Notes: generated by a model not told the origin, from the sequence alone. A DNA stretch of 64,000 bases from Planctomycetaceae bacterium (GCA_020426325.1 JAGQQG010000018.1:1-64000); one strand, 5' to 3'; shown: positions 50,379 through 61,015, numbered from the stretch's first letter. A program made the numbers and translations.

Positions 50379-52277
50379 TCACCAGACGGAGTCGACCGTC
50401 AGCACGCGAATTTCAACAATGCGTGCATGGTCGACTCCGTTTGTTTTTGTGACTTGAACTCGCAGACCATCGATCGGATTGTCCAGTTCGAGAGTATGCC
50501 TTCGGAGGCGCTGATAGTTGCTCGTGACTTCGATCGCCGTGGTCCATTCACCGTCAATCCGAACGTCCAGTGTGTAGTCGCTGACGGTTTCTGGCTGAGG
50601 CTGCCCCCATTGCATGCGGCTGGTATATCCATCGTGGTGGCTGAGTGTGAGATGTCGGTGGAGTCCCGTATCGAACACGAGTTGAACTTCATGCACAGCG
50701 ATCGGCTGTGGCCACTCCAGTTTGATCCAGGCAGGCAGTCCCTGTGCAGGATCTGACATCCAGCGGTGCAGACCCGGAGTTCTTCTGGTGACAGGCACAC
50801 CATGCGGTCCGTGAACGCTCCGCGTGATGCCCGTGATCACGTGGGCAGGTTCACCTCCGGGAAGATGACTGAAGGCCGTGATGCGGGCTGTCCTTGCTGC
50901 ATCATTCTGACCCTCGGAGAGTCGGCCAATCAGGAAGGCATCATCGCGCAGCAGGCGCTGCTGTATTGCGTTGATCGCGGCTGAAATGTGTGTGAGTTCA
51001 TCCACTGGCACACCATGAGCAACTGCATACGCTGCTGCCGTGCCTATACCCTGACCAACGACAGCACAGGTTGCCATCACCCGAGTTGATGAGAACGCAA
51101 CATGCGTCGCAGAGATGTTGCGGCCTGCAAACATCAAATTGGAGACGTCCCCGGAAACACAGCAACGCAGGGGAATGTCATACAGAAAGGGGACCGATGT
51201 CTGCACACACGGTTCCTCATCTGCGAGATCAACCCCCTCGGGCGGATGCAGATCGAGCGACCAGCCTCCATACGCAATCGCATCATCGAACTTACGTGAC
51301 GTCATGATGTCCTGCTCTGTGAGGACATGCTGTCCGACAAATCGTCGGCTCTCCCGTTTGCCAGGGAGAAACCCAATCCAGTCCAGAGCCCAATGCGAAG
51401 CATCAAAGGGATCGATTGTGGAGCATCCCTCAGGCGGACCGTTCTTGACGTGATCCCAGATGCCAAGGGCAATCGACAGCAACTCATCCCGGATCGTTTC
51501 GTTGTCCTTGATCGTATCGAGTGTCCCGCCCCATTCGGCCCACCAGTAGCCGTACTCATGAGTCGGTTCCTCTTCACCGGGCGTTGCATACAGACGAAGT
51601 TTGAGGCCATCCTGCGAGAATTGTCTTGCCCAATGCGGAGCGACGAATGGCATCGGCTGAGCGTGCTTGCGGGCCTGGAGGAGAATCGTCGAACCCAGAC
51701 GCTTCCGATCAGCGATCTTAACAGCCAGGGATTCCTGAAATTGCTCACGGGACTCCCGGCCTTCCATGAACGAGGCTCCTGCCTCTGCCCCCAAGCGTCC
51801 ATCTCCCGTGCAGTCAATGAACACCTTGGCCTGAATCTCGAACCGGTCTTCCGTACTCTGCCGTGCTGCGATGGCGGAAACGATCCTTCGTTCCGATACG
51901 CTGGCACCTGTGACGGTCGTGTTGAGGAGCAGTGTGAGATTCGGTTCACGGCGACAGAGGTCATACAGGATCAGGTCAAACATTGATGCAGACCGTTGCG
52001 GATTCCGGACCGCGTTCTCCAGTCGGATTTCTTCAATAATGCCTCCCTCGCGAGCCTCGGTCTCCAACTCTCTTCCGCGGTCGAATCGCCCCGTGCCATT
52101 CGCACCGACAATGTGCATGCGGACCTCACTGGAGGCATTGCCACCAAGCACGGAGCGGTCCTGACACAGAATCACTTTGGCACCGCATCGGGCAGCGGCG
52201 AGCGCACAGGGAACACCCGCAGCGCCCCCACCGGCGACCAGGACATCGCATTGAAGGGAGTGTGTCAGAAGTGGCAT
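50379..52277 (-). CDS. FAD-dependent oxidoreductase
   Basis: Rossmann dinucleotide motif DVLVAGGGAAGVPCALAAARCGAKVIL at N-terminus; 632 aa. Confidence 0.8.
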   Translation of the reverse strand: MPLLTHSLQCDVLVAGGGAAGVPCALAAARCGAKVILCQDRSVLGGNASSEVRMHIVGANGTGRFDRGRELETEAREGGIIEEIRLENAVRNPQRSASMFDLILYDLCRREPNLTLLLNTTVTGASVSERRIVSAIAARQSTEDRFEIQAKVFIDCTGDGRLGAEAGASFMEGRESREQFQESLAVKIADRKRLGSTILLQARKHAQPMPFVAPHWARQFSQDGLKLRLYATPGEEEPTHEYGYWWAEWGGTLDTIKDNETIRDELLSIALGIWDHVKNGPPEGCSTIDPFDASHWALDWIGFLPGKRESRRFVGQHVLTEQDIMTSRKFDDAIAYGGWSLDLHPPEGVDLADEEPCVQTSVPFLYDIPLRCCVSGDVSNLMFAGRNISATHVAFSSTRVMATCAVVGQGIGTAAAYAVAHGVPVDELTHISAAINAIQQRLLRDDAFLIGRLSEGQNDAARTARITAFSHLPGGEPAHVITGITRSVHGPHGVPVTRRTPGLHRWMSDPAQGLPAWIKLEWPQPIAVHEVQLVFDTGLHRHLTLSHHDGYTSRMQWGQPQPETVSDYTLDVRIDGEWTTAIEVTSNYQRLRRHTLELDNPIDGLRVQVTKTNGVDHARIVEIRVLTVDSVW

Positions 52278-52397
52278 CGTAACCTCATCTCATTCGTCGA
52301 GCGTTCTCTTGCACTGTATCATGTCCGACTCGGTGTCGTCCCTGTGGACGAAGTTCACCGAGAGCTGATCGAATCCAAATCAAGTCCCGAGAAACAG

Positions 52398-53333
52398 ATG
52401 TCTGCTTCATCCGATAAATCACATCCGCCCTCGCACTTTCGAGGCATGATGCCCATCTTGCCGACCGCTATTAAGCCATCGGGAGCGATCGACGAAACAA
52501 GCCAACGTCGACTTGTGCGATACTGCCTCGATCATGGAGCTGTGGCGATCGGTCACTTCGGAATCGCATCCGAGTTTCACAAGATCTGTGATTCCGATCG
52601 AAAGAACTTGACTGAAATCATCGTCGATGAAGTGGCCGGTCGCGTACCTGTGTTCATCGGTGTGACGGCGCTCGGAGTCCGGACGGCGGTCGGGTACGCT
52701 CAACTGGCTGAAGAGCAGGGGGCTGACCTGATCATGGCGGCACTCCCCTATGTCGATATGCCCAATGCCGCGGGGGCTGAGGCGTATTATCGCAGCCTGT
52801 CGGATTCAACATCACTGCCGATCATCATCCAGGACACACCTGCCAGTTCTGGTGTGCTGACTGCCGAGTTACTGACACGCCTGTGGGAGACGATTGATGG
52901 GGTTCAACACGTCAAAGGTGAGGGGAAGGGTTTCCTCGAAAAGACTGCGGAACTTTTGAAACAAAGCGATGGTCACATGTCCGTGATCGGAGGAGCCGGC
53001 GGACGGCATCTCATTCACATGCTGCGGCTGGGTGTGACCTCATTCATGACGGGGACGGAAGCACTCGATCTGCACGGCAGCACTGTTCATGCCTACCTTG
53101 ACGGCGATGAGGAACGGGCTGCCGACATTTATTTCGACAAGATTCTCCCCTATTTGGGATTCTATCTCGACTATTCCGAAGAGCTATTGAAGTCCATGCT
53201 CCATCGTCGCGGCATCATCGATCATCCGGATGTGATCGCCCCGCGAGCGTGTGCACCCATGAGCCAGATCGAACGCCGCGAGTTCGATTGGGTGCTCGAA
53301 CGAATTGGATTAGGGCATGGCTCAAGCAAGTGA
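52398..53333 (+). CDS. Dihydrodipicolinate synthase/N-acetylneuraminate lyase (DapA/NanA) family protein
   Basis: 311 aa from ATG 52398; class I aldolase DapA-family blocks; longer track ORF overlaps the convergent oxidoreductase and is rejected. Confidence 0.7.
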   Translation: MSASSDKSHPPSHFRGMMPILPTAIKPSGAIDETSQRRLVRYCLDHGAVAIGHFGIASEFHKICDSDRKNLTEIIVDEVAGRVPVFIGVTALGVRTAVGYAQLAEEQGADLIMAALPYVDMPNAAGAEAYYRSLSDSTSLPIIIQDTPASSGVLTAELLTRLWETIDGVQHVKGEGKGFLEKTAELLKQSDGHMSVIGGAGGRHLIHMLRLGVTSFMTGTEALDLHGSTVHAYLDGDEERAADIYFDKILPYLGFYLDYSEELLKSMLHRRGIIDHPDVIAPRACAPMSQIERREFDWVLERIGLGHGSSK

Positions 53334-53460
53334 AGTCGTTCGGCCTACAGTTCGATGAAAAGATACAAAGAACTCGGTGATTTCGTTTCATCGTTCACTT
53401 CGGTACACTGCAAGTCTCCATTCATCAACCCGCCCAAAGCCCCTCCAAGAAAGGTTTCTG

Positions 53461-54555
53461 ATGCGTGTTTGTTCACTGTCACTGATTTTGTTTTTGCTCT
53501 TATCAGTCATTGCACAAGCCCAGGAAGAGGCCATCCATCACACGGTCGTGTATCAGCAGGAAGGAGAATTCGCAGGGTGGCCTGCCAACTATGGAATCTG
53601 GAATTGGGGCGATGAGATCGTGGTGGGCTTTGTCGTCGGTTATCACAAGACAAATCCCAAAGGGGGACATGACATTGATCGTGACAAGCCATCGGTCCCC
53701 CGACAGGCACGAAGCCTGGACGGAGGCGAGACGTGGACTGTCGAGATCCCCGATTATCTCGATGAGGACGGAAATGAGGCTGAGCCAACCGAATTGCAGC
53801 AAGCTGTCGACTTTAGCGATCCGAACCTGGCGTTGAGGTTCAAGGGGGGCCACTGGCATTACTCGCTTGATCGTTGTCATACGTGGGAAGGTCCATTTGA
53901 GTTGCCGACATTCGATCGTCCCAACCTGCAAGCGAGGACCGACTATCTTGTCGAAGGTCCGAGTCGCGTGACGGCATTCATCGCGGCCTCAAAAACAGAG
54001 ACTCCGCAAGAAGGCCAGCCGCTCTGCATCCGCACGACGGATGGCGGCCTGACGTGGGATCTTGTTGGTTGGATTGGGCCCGAGCCTCCAAAGGACTATG
54101 GATACGCCATCATGCCTGCGACTGTGCGTGTGGGTGAGGCCGGCTACCTGAGTATGATCCGTCGCGGCGGCGTGTTTGACGGTCAAAGGCGGTGGTGGGT
54201 AGAACCTTATCTGTCGCCGGATGATGGCAAGTCATGGTATCTGCTGGATGAACCCGTCATCGAGAACTCCGGAAATCCCGCAACGCTCACGCGACTTGAG
54301 AACGGTTCCCTCGCGTTGGCCTATGGGATGCGTCGCTCGCCGTACGGGATCCGTGTGCAACTCTCTGATAACGACGGCCAATCCTGGAGCCGTGTGACAA
54401 GCATCCGCAGTGATGGCTCCAGTTGGGACATCGGCTACCCCCGCACCGTACAACGCGCGGACGGCAAGTGTGTGACAGTGTACTACTATCACAACTCCGA
54501 AGTTCCCCAGAGGTACATCGCCTGCACCATCTGGGACCCGGAGAAGATGGAGTAA
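53461..54555 (+). CDS. Secreted BNR/Asp-box repeat protein (exo-alpha-sialidase-like)
   Basis: Signal peptide MRVCSLSLILFLLLSVIAQAQE; four Asp-boxes (SLDGGETWT, TTDGGLTWD, SPDDGKSWY, SDNDGQSWS). Confidence 0.7.
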   Translation: MRVCSLSLILFLLLSVIAQAQEEAIHHTVVYQQEGEFAGWPANYGIWNWGDEIVVGFVVGYHKTNPKGGHDIDRDKPSVPRQARSLDGGETWTVEIPDYLDEDGNEAEPTELQQAVDFSDPNLALRFKGGHWHYSLDRCHTWEGPFELPTFDRPNLQARTDYLVEGPSRVTAFIAASKTETPQEGQPLCIRTTDGGLTWDLVGWIGPEPPKDYGYAIMPATVRVGEAGYLSMIRRGGVFDGQRRWWVEPYLSPDDGKSWYLLDEPVIENSGNPATLTRLENGSLALAYGMRRSPYGIRVQLSDNDGQSWSRVTSIRSDGSSWDIGYPRTVQRADGKCVTVYYYHNSEVPQRYIACTIWDPEKME

Positions 54556-54621
54556 TCCGTTCTTCTACGGTGCCGGTTCGCGTTCAGACTTTCACCACTT
54601 CGTCTCCGCTGGCAGGAATCG

Positions 54622-55671
54622 ATGAAACCACTCCTCCGAGTCACTGCGGCTCTTGCTCTGACGGTTTCCTGGGCCACGGCTGCAGAGTTGCCAAGGGTTG
54701 AAGTGAGTAACATTCGACGTGTGTTCCATAACGGCGAACACAATGCGTTCACGGATCTCACTCGATTTCACGATCGCTACTATCTGACGTTTCGGAGTTG
54801 TCCGGACGGTCACATGGTTCATCCGACGGCGTCCATCATCATTCTGGTGAGCGACGACCTGAAAGACTGGAGGCAGGTGCATCGCTTCAGCGTCAAGCAC
54901 CGGGACACACGCGATCCACACTTTCTCGTCTTTCAGGACAAACTGTTCGTCTACACTGGGACGTGGTACAGCGGCGAAACAACACTGCCTCGCGATGAGT
55001 ATGACCTCAATCTGCACCTCGGATATGCGGCCTGGTCTGATGACGGGGTGACGTGGCACAGCCCGATCATGCTCGAAGGTACCTTCGGGCACTATATCTG
55101 GCGAGCCAATTCCTATGACGGCAAGGCTTACCTGTGCGGGCGGCGAAAGCACGAGTTCGATGTGCGACCGCGCGGCGAAGGGCCGGAAGTCGAGTCGGCT
55201 CTTCTGGAGAGCGATGACGGCTTGATCTGGAAGACTCGCGGACTGTTTCAGGAAGTCAAAGGCGACGAGACGGCCTTTCAGTTTGAGGATGACGGGAGCA
55301 TTCTGGCGATCGGCCGGCGGGGCGGAGACCCGGCACAGATCCTTCGCTCTAAGCCTCCCTACACGAAGTGGAACCGAGCTGATCTCTACCGCTACATTGG
55401 CGGGCCGCTACTGGTCCGTTGGGGGAACCGGTGGGTTGTCGGTGGACGAAGCACATTGAGTGGAAGCGCCCGGACTTCCATGTGCTGGCTCGTCGACGAC
55501 GAACTGCACGAGTTCGCGGAGCTCCCCAGCGCGGGCGACAATTCTTACCCCGGCTTCATCCAGCTCAGCCCGACGGATGCTGTCATGTCATGGTATTCGA
55601 CACACGAAAAGGACGATCAGGGGCAACCGATCACAGCCATCTACTTGGCAGACTTGAAGATCATTGACTGA
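54622..55671 (+). CDS. Secreted BNR/Asp-box repeat protein (sialidase-like)
   Basis: Signal peptide MKPLLRVTAALALTVSWATA; Asp-boxes SDDGVTWHS, SDDGLIWKT. Confidence 0.6.
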   Translation: MKPLLRVTAALALTVSWATAAELPRVEVSNIRRVFHNGEHNAFTDLTRFHDRYYLTFRSCPDGHMVHPTASIIILVSDDLKDWRQVHRFSVKHRDTRDPHFLVFQDKLFVYTGTWYSGETTLPRDEYDLNLHLGYAAWSDDGVTWHSPIMLEGTFGHYIWRANSYDGKAYLCGRRKHEFDVRPRGEGPEVESALLESDDGLIWKTRGLFQEVKGDETAFQFEDDGSILAIGRRGGDPAQILRSKPPYTKWNRADLYRYIGGPLLVRWGNRWVVGGRSTLSGSARTSMCWLVDDELHEFAELPSAGDNSYPGFIQLSPTDAVMSWYSTHEKDDQGQPITAIYLADLKIID

Positions 55672-55754
55672 TCGATCGAGAATCCTCGAACTCAGGCGAC
55701 TTTTGGAATTCAACTTCTGAACGAACCACATCAGACATCTCAGCGAGGTCCAAT

Positions 55755-56723
55755 ATGTCACTCCGACCGGTACCAGTCACCTCCCTCACGCTCGCATTAG
55801 CCGTGCTGGCTGTTTCAACCACGAGTCATGCAGACGAGGGAGTGAATAAGTTCGCGAGGTTTCAGTCGGGAGACACCGTCAGCTATGGCATCGTTGAAGG
55901 GGATCGCGTTCGACTGATCAAGGGAGATCTGTTTGGAGACTGGTCGAAGACCGACAAGACTTTCGCCCTTGATGACGTCACGCTGCTGGTTCCGACGACG
56001 CCAACTCAAGTCATCGCCCTGGCAGGCAACTACCACAGTCATATTGCGACCGGCGAAAAAACCGTGACCACGATCGTCACCACCACGACCACGACTTCGA
56101 CCGATCTGGTCACCGGCAAAACAACTTCCAACACGACATCCCAGACTGAACAACGATCGAGCGATGAAGTGCCGGAGAAGTTCCGGATGCCACAGCCGTT
56201 CTTCAAAAGCCCTTCATGTCTGACGCCTCAAGATTCCAATATTGTGATCCCTAAGGAGGCCGACACGGTGCACTTCGAGGCGGAGTTGGTGCTTGTCATT
56301 GGTCGTGAGGCGAAGAACGTTTCCCTGGCCGATGCGATGGACTACGTGTTCGGAGTGACTTGTGGGAACGATGTAAGTGCCCGTGTCTGGCAGCGGAATG
56401 ACGTCCAATGGTGGCGGGCGAAAGGAGCTGACACGTTCGGCCCGTGCGGTCCCTACATCGCGACGGGCCTCAACTACGACAACCTGCTCACCAAACTCAA
56501 GCTTAACGGCAAGGTGATGCAGGAGGAGAGTACGAGTCATATGATCAATGATGTCGCCCACACCGTCAGCTTTATCTCTCAGCACGTCACACTGCACCCG
56601 GGCGATCTGATCTTCACCGGCACCTCCGGCAAGACAGCAGCCATCCAACCGGGGGATGTCGTCGAGGTCGAAATTGAAGGAGTCGGTGTCCTTCGCAATC
56701 ACGTTGTCGCTCAACAGGACTGA
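55755..56723 (+). CDS. Fumarylacetoacetate hydrolase (FAH) family protein with N-terminal signal peptide and Thr-rich insertion
   Basis: FAH blocks (LLVPTTPTQVIALAGNYHSH; FFKSPSCL; EAELVLVIG; DYVFGVTCGNDVSAR; GKGADTFGPCGPY; GDLIFTGT); 45-aa low-complexity TTIVTTTTTTSTDLVTGKTTSNTTSQ insert after NYHSH. Confidence 0.8.
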   Translation: MSLRPVPVTSLTLALAVLAVSTTSHADEGVNKFARFQSGDTVSYGIVEGDRVRLIKGDLFGDWSKTDKTFALDDVTLLVPTTPTQVIALAGNYHSHIATGEKTVTTIVTTTTTTSTDLVTGKTTSNTTSQTEQRSSDEVPEKFRMPQPFFKSPSCLTPQDSNIVIPKEADTVHFEAELVLVIGREAKNVSLADAMDYVFGVTCGNDVSARVWQRNDVQWWRAKGADTFGPCGPYIATGLNYDNLLTKLKLNGKVMQEESTSHMINDVAHTVSFISQHVTLHPGDLIFTGTSGKTAAIQPGDVVEVEIEGVGVLRNHVVAQQD

Positions 56724-56728
56724 TCCCG

Positions 56729-58645
56729 ATGTACCATTTATGCACGAAGTGTCTCATCGTTTTCGCATTGCTGTCAGCCGGGATCGCGCGGGCAGCCGAT
56801 GATTCATCGGTCCTTGCTCTCGATGAGCCGACGACGGCAGCTTGTCTTGATGTCCTGCGACAGGGATTGCGAGGCGACGACTTCTGGCCGTCCATCCATG
56901 CTGCGGAAGGGCTCACGCTTGGCGGTCATGGTGATGAGGTCATCGAGTTCTTGACGCCTCTTCTCCCAAAGGAAACGGACGATCAGCACCGCTGCGGGAT
57001 CGCTCGTGAGTTGGTCCGGGCCGGGAATCACGAATTCGTGCAGGTGATGCTGGGAATCTTGAAAGGAGACGCCCCATTCGGTCATGTTCATGCGGCTGAG
57101 AGTTTGTACAAGGTGTCTGAAATCGGCGATGGCGTCGCAATGCGAAAGGCATTTACTCAGCCCGAGAACGTGAGACTCAAGCTGATGTCGGCTGGTGCAC
57201 TGGGACGTTGCGGGAACCCGGATGCCTTGAACTATCTCCGCGAGATGCTGACTCGTGAAATCTCGACAGATGATGAGGCAGAGCACTTTCGCATCACGGC
57301 ATGGGTGCTCGGTCGCATCGGTGATGACAGCGATATCGCGCGCCTCAAACAGGAACTTCCCAAATGTCAGAATGATCTCACCCGCGTGTATTTTGAGAAC
57401 GCCCTCGCTGCTCTGGGTGATCCAGAAGGCCTCGCATCGCTGGCAAAAAATCTCACGAGTGAAGATCCGGTCGTCCGTACATTTGCGGCGACGTTTTCCG
57501 GTGATGCCCGCGCCCTGGGTGTTGCAGATCGACTCAAGGAGATGCTGCAGGACTCTCACCCGGATGCTCAGATCCGTGCTGCACAATCGCTACTGGCGAT
57601 GAGTCGTCCTGCACCTCCCAACCGGAACGCAGACATCTCGCAGATCGTCTTCTCTCCGACTGCTCAGAATCCCCGCTACACGGAAGGTTCAATCCTCGAA
57701 CTCAAGGATGGGTCGCTGTTGTTCGCGGTGACGGAATTTCAGGAAAGTGACAGCGACTTCGCCCAGGCACAAGTCATTGCACGTTCATCGACAGATGGTG
57801 GAGTCACCTGGGGAGACTCACGGGTTCTGCAGAAGAACACAGGCGGCCTCAATGTGATGAGCGTCACCCTTCGCCGTCTGACTCCGGATCGCATCGCCTT
57901 GTTCTACCTGCAAAAGAACAGCTTCAACGACCTTGACCTGTTCGTGCGATTCTCCGATGACGAAACAGAGACATTTGGTCCGCCAGTCCTGGTGACGAGC
58001 GATGACGGATATCATGTCGTCAATAACGACCGCATCACACAACTCTCCACGGGTCGCCTGCTCGCTCCGGCCGCTTCGACACCGGACGTCAACACAGACA
58101 ATCACTTCACCTCTCGCTGTTACCTGTCTGACGACAGCGGAGCGTCATGGCGTCCCGGGATCGGACATGTTGATGCCGACAAACGGGGAGCGATGGAACC
58201 CGAAGTGATCGAATTGAATGACGGTCGGGTCATGATGATCGTTCGCACACAGCTCGGCATCATAGGAAAAAGTTTCTCCGAGGACGGCGGAGACACCTGG
58301 AGCAAGATGGAATCACTCGGCGTGACGGCTCCCGAGGCCCCCGCGACGCTGAGGCGTGTTCCCGCAACGGGCGATCTGTTGCTTGTCTGGAATAACACCT
58401 ACGATGCAGGGACCGGTCACGGCGGACGTCGGACCCCATTGACCGCAGCACTCTCTCAAGATGAAGGACAGACCTGGAATCACATCCGCAATCTGGAGAC
58501 GAATCCGGATCAGACCTTCTCCTACACCAGTCTGACCTTCGTGCAGGGCCGGGTGGTCATGAGCTACTGGGTCACGACAGAAGCGGGAAGATACGCCTCT
58601 CGCTTTCGATCTCTGCCCGTCAGTTGGTTCTATAACGAAGACTAA
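56729..58645 (+). CDS. Secreted HEAT-repeat + BNR/Asp-box (sialidase-like) fusion protein
   Basis: Signal peptide; N-terminal ~300 aa of HEAT/PBS-like helical repeats; C-terminal Asp-boxes SSTDGGVTWGDS, SDDSGASWRPG, SEDGGDTWSKM, SQDEGQTWNHI. Confidence 0.7.
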   Translation: MYHLCTKCLIVFALLSAGIARAADDSSVLALDEPTTAACLDVLRQGLRGDDFWPSIHAAEGLTLGGHGDEVIEFLTPLLPKETDDQHRCGIARELVRAGNHEFVQVMLGILKGDAPFGHVHAAESLYKVSEIGDGVAMRKAFTQPENVRLKLMSAGALGRCGNPDALNYLREMLTREISTDDEAEHFRITAWVLGRIGDDSDIARLKQELPKCQNDLTRVYFENALAALGDPEGLASLAKNLTSEDPVVRTFAATFSGDARALGVADRLKEMLQDSHPDAQIRAAQSLLAMSRPAPPNRNADISQIVFSPTAQNPRYTEGSILELKDGSLLFAVTEFQESDSDFAQAQVIARSSTDGGVTWGDSRVLQKNTGGLNVMSVTLRRLTPDRIALFYLQKNSFNDLDLFVRFSDDETETFGPPVLVTSDDGYHVVNNDRITQLSTGRLLAPAASTPDVNTDNHFTSRCYLSDDSGASWRPGIGHVDADKRGAMEPEVIELNDGRVMMIVRTQLGIIGKSFSEDGGDTWSKMESLGVTAPEAPATLRRVPATGDLLLVWNNTYDAGTGHGGRRTPLTAALSQDEGQTWNHIRNLETNPDQTFSYTSLTFVQGRVVMSYWVTTEAGRYASRFRSLPVSWFYNED

Positions 58646-58697
58646 CACCAAAGTGTCAGTCAGGACACTTCCCCCAGTCGTTTCGGTCGGTCGTCCG

Positions 58698-60197
58698 TTA
58701 CGGTAACTGCGTCACGCCCATCAGGTAGCGGTCGCATTCTCTTGCGGCTTCGCGGCCTTCGTTGATGGCCCAGACGACGAGGGACTGGCCGCGTCGGCAG
58801 TCTCCCGCGACGAAGACCCCTTCGACGTTGGTCGTGTATTTGCCGTATTCGCCTGTGTACCAACTCATGCCACCCCGGCCTTCGCGAATGTCGACCCCCA
58901 GTTGCTCGGCAGCAGGAGATTCCGGCCCCAGAAAGCCCAAGGCAAGAAACACGAGATCACAGGGCCAATGCTTCTCCGAGCCCTCAACTCGGCAGAATGG
59001 AGGGCCGTTTTCGACAGGCTTCGACCAGTCGACCTGCACTGTGGTGAGTCCGGTCACGTTTCCATCAGTGTCCCCGGTGAACTCGACCGTTTCGATTGAG
59101 AACTCTCGTGGGTCTTCGCCAAACACGGCCTTCCGTTCGGCATGTCCATAGTCAGTGCGGAAGATGCGGGGCCATTGGGGCCAAGGGTTGTTCTCTGCAC
59201 GCTCCGCAGGCGGTTGCGGGACGATCTCGAAGTTGACGAGGCTCTTGCAGCCGTGCCGCATGCTGGTTCCCAGGCAGTCGGTCCCCGTATCCCCTCCACC
59301 GATAACGATCACGTCCTTGCCGGCAGCATTGATGTAGTTGCCATCTTCGTGACGCGAGTCGAGCAGGCTCTTGGTGTTGGCCGTGAGAAACTCCATGGCA
59401 AAGTGAATGCCCTTGAATTCACGGCCGGGGATGGTCAGATCCCGAGGCCGGGTGGAGCCGGTCGCGAGAATGACCGCATCGAACTCATCCTTCAGCTCAT
59501 CCGCCGGCTTGTCCTTGCCGATCTCACAATTCGTGACGAACCTGATGCCTTCCTCTTTCATGAGATTGACACGGCGTTCGACGACGCGCTCTTTCTCCAG
59601 CTTCATGTTGGGGATGCCGTACATCAACAGTCCGCCGATCCGATCGGCACGCTCGAAGACAGTCACTTCGTGCCCTGCGGAGTTGAGCTGCGCGGCAGCA
59701 GCGAGTCCGGCCGGCCCGCTGCCGACGATGGCAACCTTTTTCCCGGTACGCTCATTCGGTGGTTCCGCAACAACCCAGCCTTCCTCGAAGCCGCGATCGA
59801 TGATGTTCCGTTCGATCGTCTTGATGGCAACCGGCGGATCATTGATCCCCAGCGTACACGAGCCTTCACACGGAGCAGGACAGACACGACCGGTGAACTC
59901 CGGAAAATTGTTCGTCTTGTGTAATCGATCGAGGGCTTCGCGCCAGTCGTCGTGATAGACGAGATCATTCCACTCGGGAATCAGGTTATGCACCGGACAG
60001 CCGGCTGCCGCCCCAGCAAGAATGTCCCCCGTGTGACAGAAGGGAATCCCGCAGTCCATACAACGCGCCCCTTGATGCTGGAGCACCTCCAGTTCAATTG
60101 GCTGAATGAACTCATCCCAGTCCTTGATGCGCTCGACCGGATCACGATCAACGGCTGTCTGACGAGGGAACTCTTTGAATCCTGTTGGCTTACCCAT
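58698..60197 (-). CDS. gltD: Glutamate synthase small (beta) subunit
   Basis: [13 protein letters not shown]-terminus, Fe-S Cys clusters ([10 protein letters not shown]; CPAPCEGSC), FAD/NADPH Rossmann motifs ([14 protein letters not shown]; [12 protein letters not shown]). Confidence 0.93.
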   Translation of the reverse strand: MGKPTGFKEFPRQTAVDRDPVERIKDWDEFIQPIELEVLQHQGARCMDCGIPFCHTGDILAGAAAGCPVHNLIPEWNDLVYHDDWREALDRLHKTNNFPEFTGRVCPAPCEGSCTLGINDPPVAIKTIERNIIDRGFEEGWVVAEPPNERTGKKVAIVGSGPAGLAAAAQLNSAGHEVTVFERADRIGGLLMYGIPNMKLEKERVVERRVNLMKEEGIRFVTNCEIGKDKPADELKDEFDAVILATGSTRPRDLTIPGREFKGIHFAMEFLTANTKSLLDSRHEDGNYINAAGKDVIVIGGGDTGTDCLGTSMRHGCKSLVNFEIVPQPPAERAENNPWPQWPRIFRTDYGHAERKAVFGEDPREFSIETVEFTGDTDGNVTGLTTVQVDWSKPVENGPPFCRVEGSEKHWPCDLVFLALGFLGPESPAAEQLGVDIREGRGGMSWYTGEYGKYTTNVEGVFVAGDCRRGQSLVVWAINEGREAARECDRYLMGVTQLP

Positions 60198-60237
60198 AAG
60201 TGTTGTCTGTTTCTAGTTTTTCGTAATTCGCCGAGCT

Positions 60238-60828
60238 TCAGCCTGGGTGAGGAACTTGTGCAACTTCTACTGTAAAGCGATTCATGAATCTTAGCGAATC
60301 TTCTTCGTCAAACAGCCAGCCAAGCCCGGCTACGGTGATCTCTTGATCACACTTGGTGTGCAAAGTGAAATTCGTTCTGCTTAACTCGTTTATCGTACTA
60401 GCCGCCCCACTGTGTTGGGCAACGGCCGTAATCGTTGGAAGTGCCCTTTGAACGCGACTTACAGGTGTGCCAACGTACCAGTAATCAATCTCCTCGAATC
60501 GAAGTGCACGGAACCCATAGCGAATTCCTTTCTCGTACACATCAAGTTCAGATGGTAACTTGCGTCGGAGAATCCATCGGTATCCTTGGATAATTGCGAT
60601 CAGTGATGGGATGTAAACCAGCCAAAATTGATAGTTTCGCCAGCCACCCCGAATGTCCAAAAACAAGATCACAACACCACTTATCATGAGTGCGAAAAAC
60701 AGAACTGGAATTGCGTTTGGAAGAATGAACGTAAGTAGCCTCTTTAGTCCTCGCTTCTTCTCACAACGAAATTCAAGTTCTCCCAAATACTCTTCAAACT
60801 CATGTGGATGACGACACCAACGAGACAT
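60238..60828 (-). CDS. Hypothetical membrane protein encoded in low-GC insertion
   Basis: ATG at 60828 (track start 60837 is GTG); two TM helices; local GC clearly lower than flanks. Confidence 0.45.
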   Translation of the reverse strand: MSRWCRHPHEFEEYLGELEFRCEKKRGLKRLLTFILPNAIPVLFFALMISGVVILFLDIRGGWRNYQFWLVYIPSLIAIIQGYRWILRRKLPSELDVYEKGIRYGFRALRFEEIDYWYVGTPVSRVQRALPTITAVAQHSGAASTINELSRTNFTLHTKCDQEITVAGLGWLFDEEDSLRFMNRFTVEVAQVPHPG

Positions 60829-60837
60829 GTCTAGCAC

Positions 60838-61004
60838 TGCTCCATCGTCGCCGGTCTGAGTAATCGTACGAAGCGGTAGGTGTGTTGTGACGATAGTATA
60901 TCAGACGGCTGGATGAACTCGTCCCAATCGCCGATTCGCTTGTGCGCATCACGCATGATCGCCGTCTGCCGGGGGAACTCTTTGAATCCTGTTGGTTTAC
61001 CCAT
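60838..61004 (-). pseudogene. Diverged duplicate fragment of the gltD 5' end (first ~33 codons)
   Basis: Minus-strand translation from ATG 61004: [34 protein letters not shown] vs authentic Glt[35 protein letters not shown]; DNA 60905-61006 aligns to 60100-60197; frame ends at TAG after 55 codons. Confidence 0.65.
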
Positions 61005-61015
61005 GTTAGTTTTTT

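Noticed and set aside
51996-52397. 5' extension of the DapA-family ORF (track start 51996)
   Set aside because: Overlaps the 3' end of the minus-strand FAD oxidoreductase by ~280 bp; DapA homology begins after the ATG at 52398.
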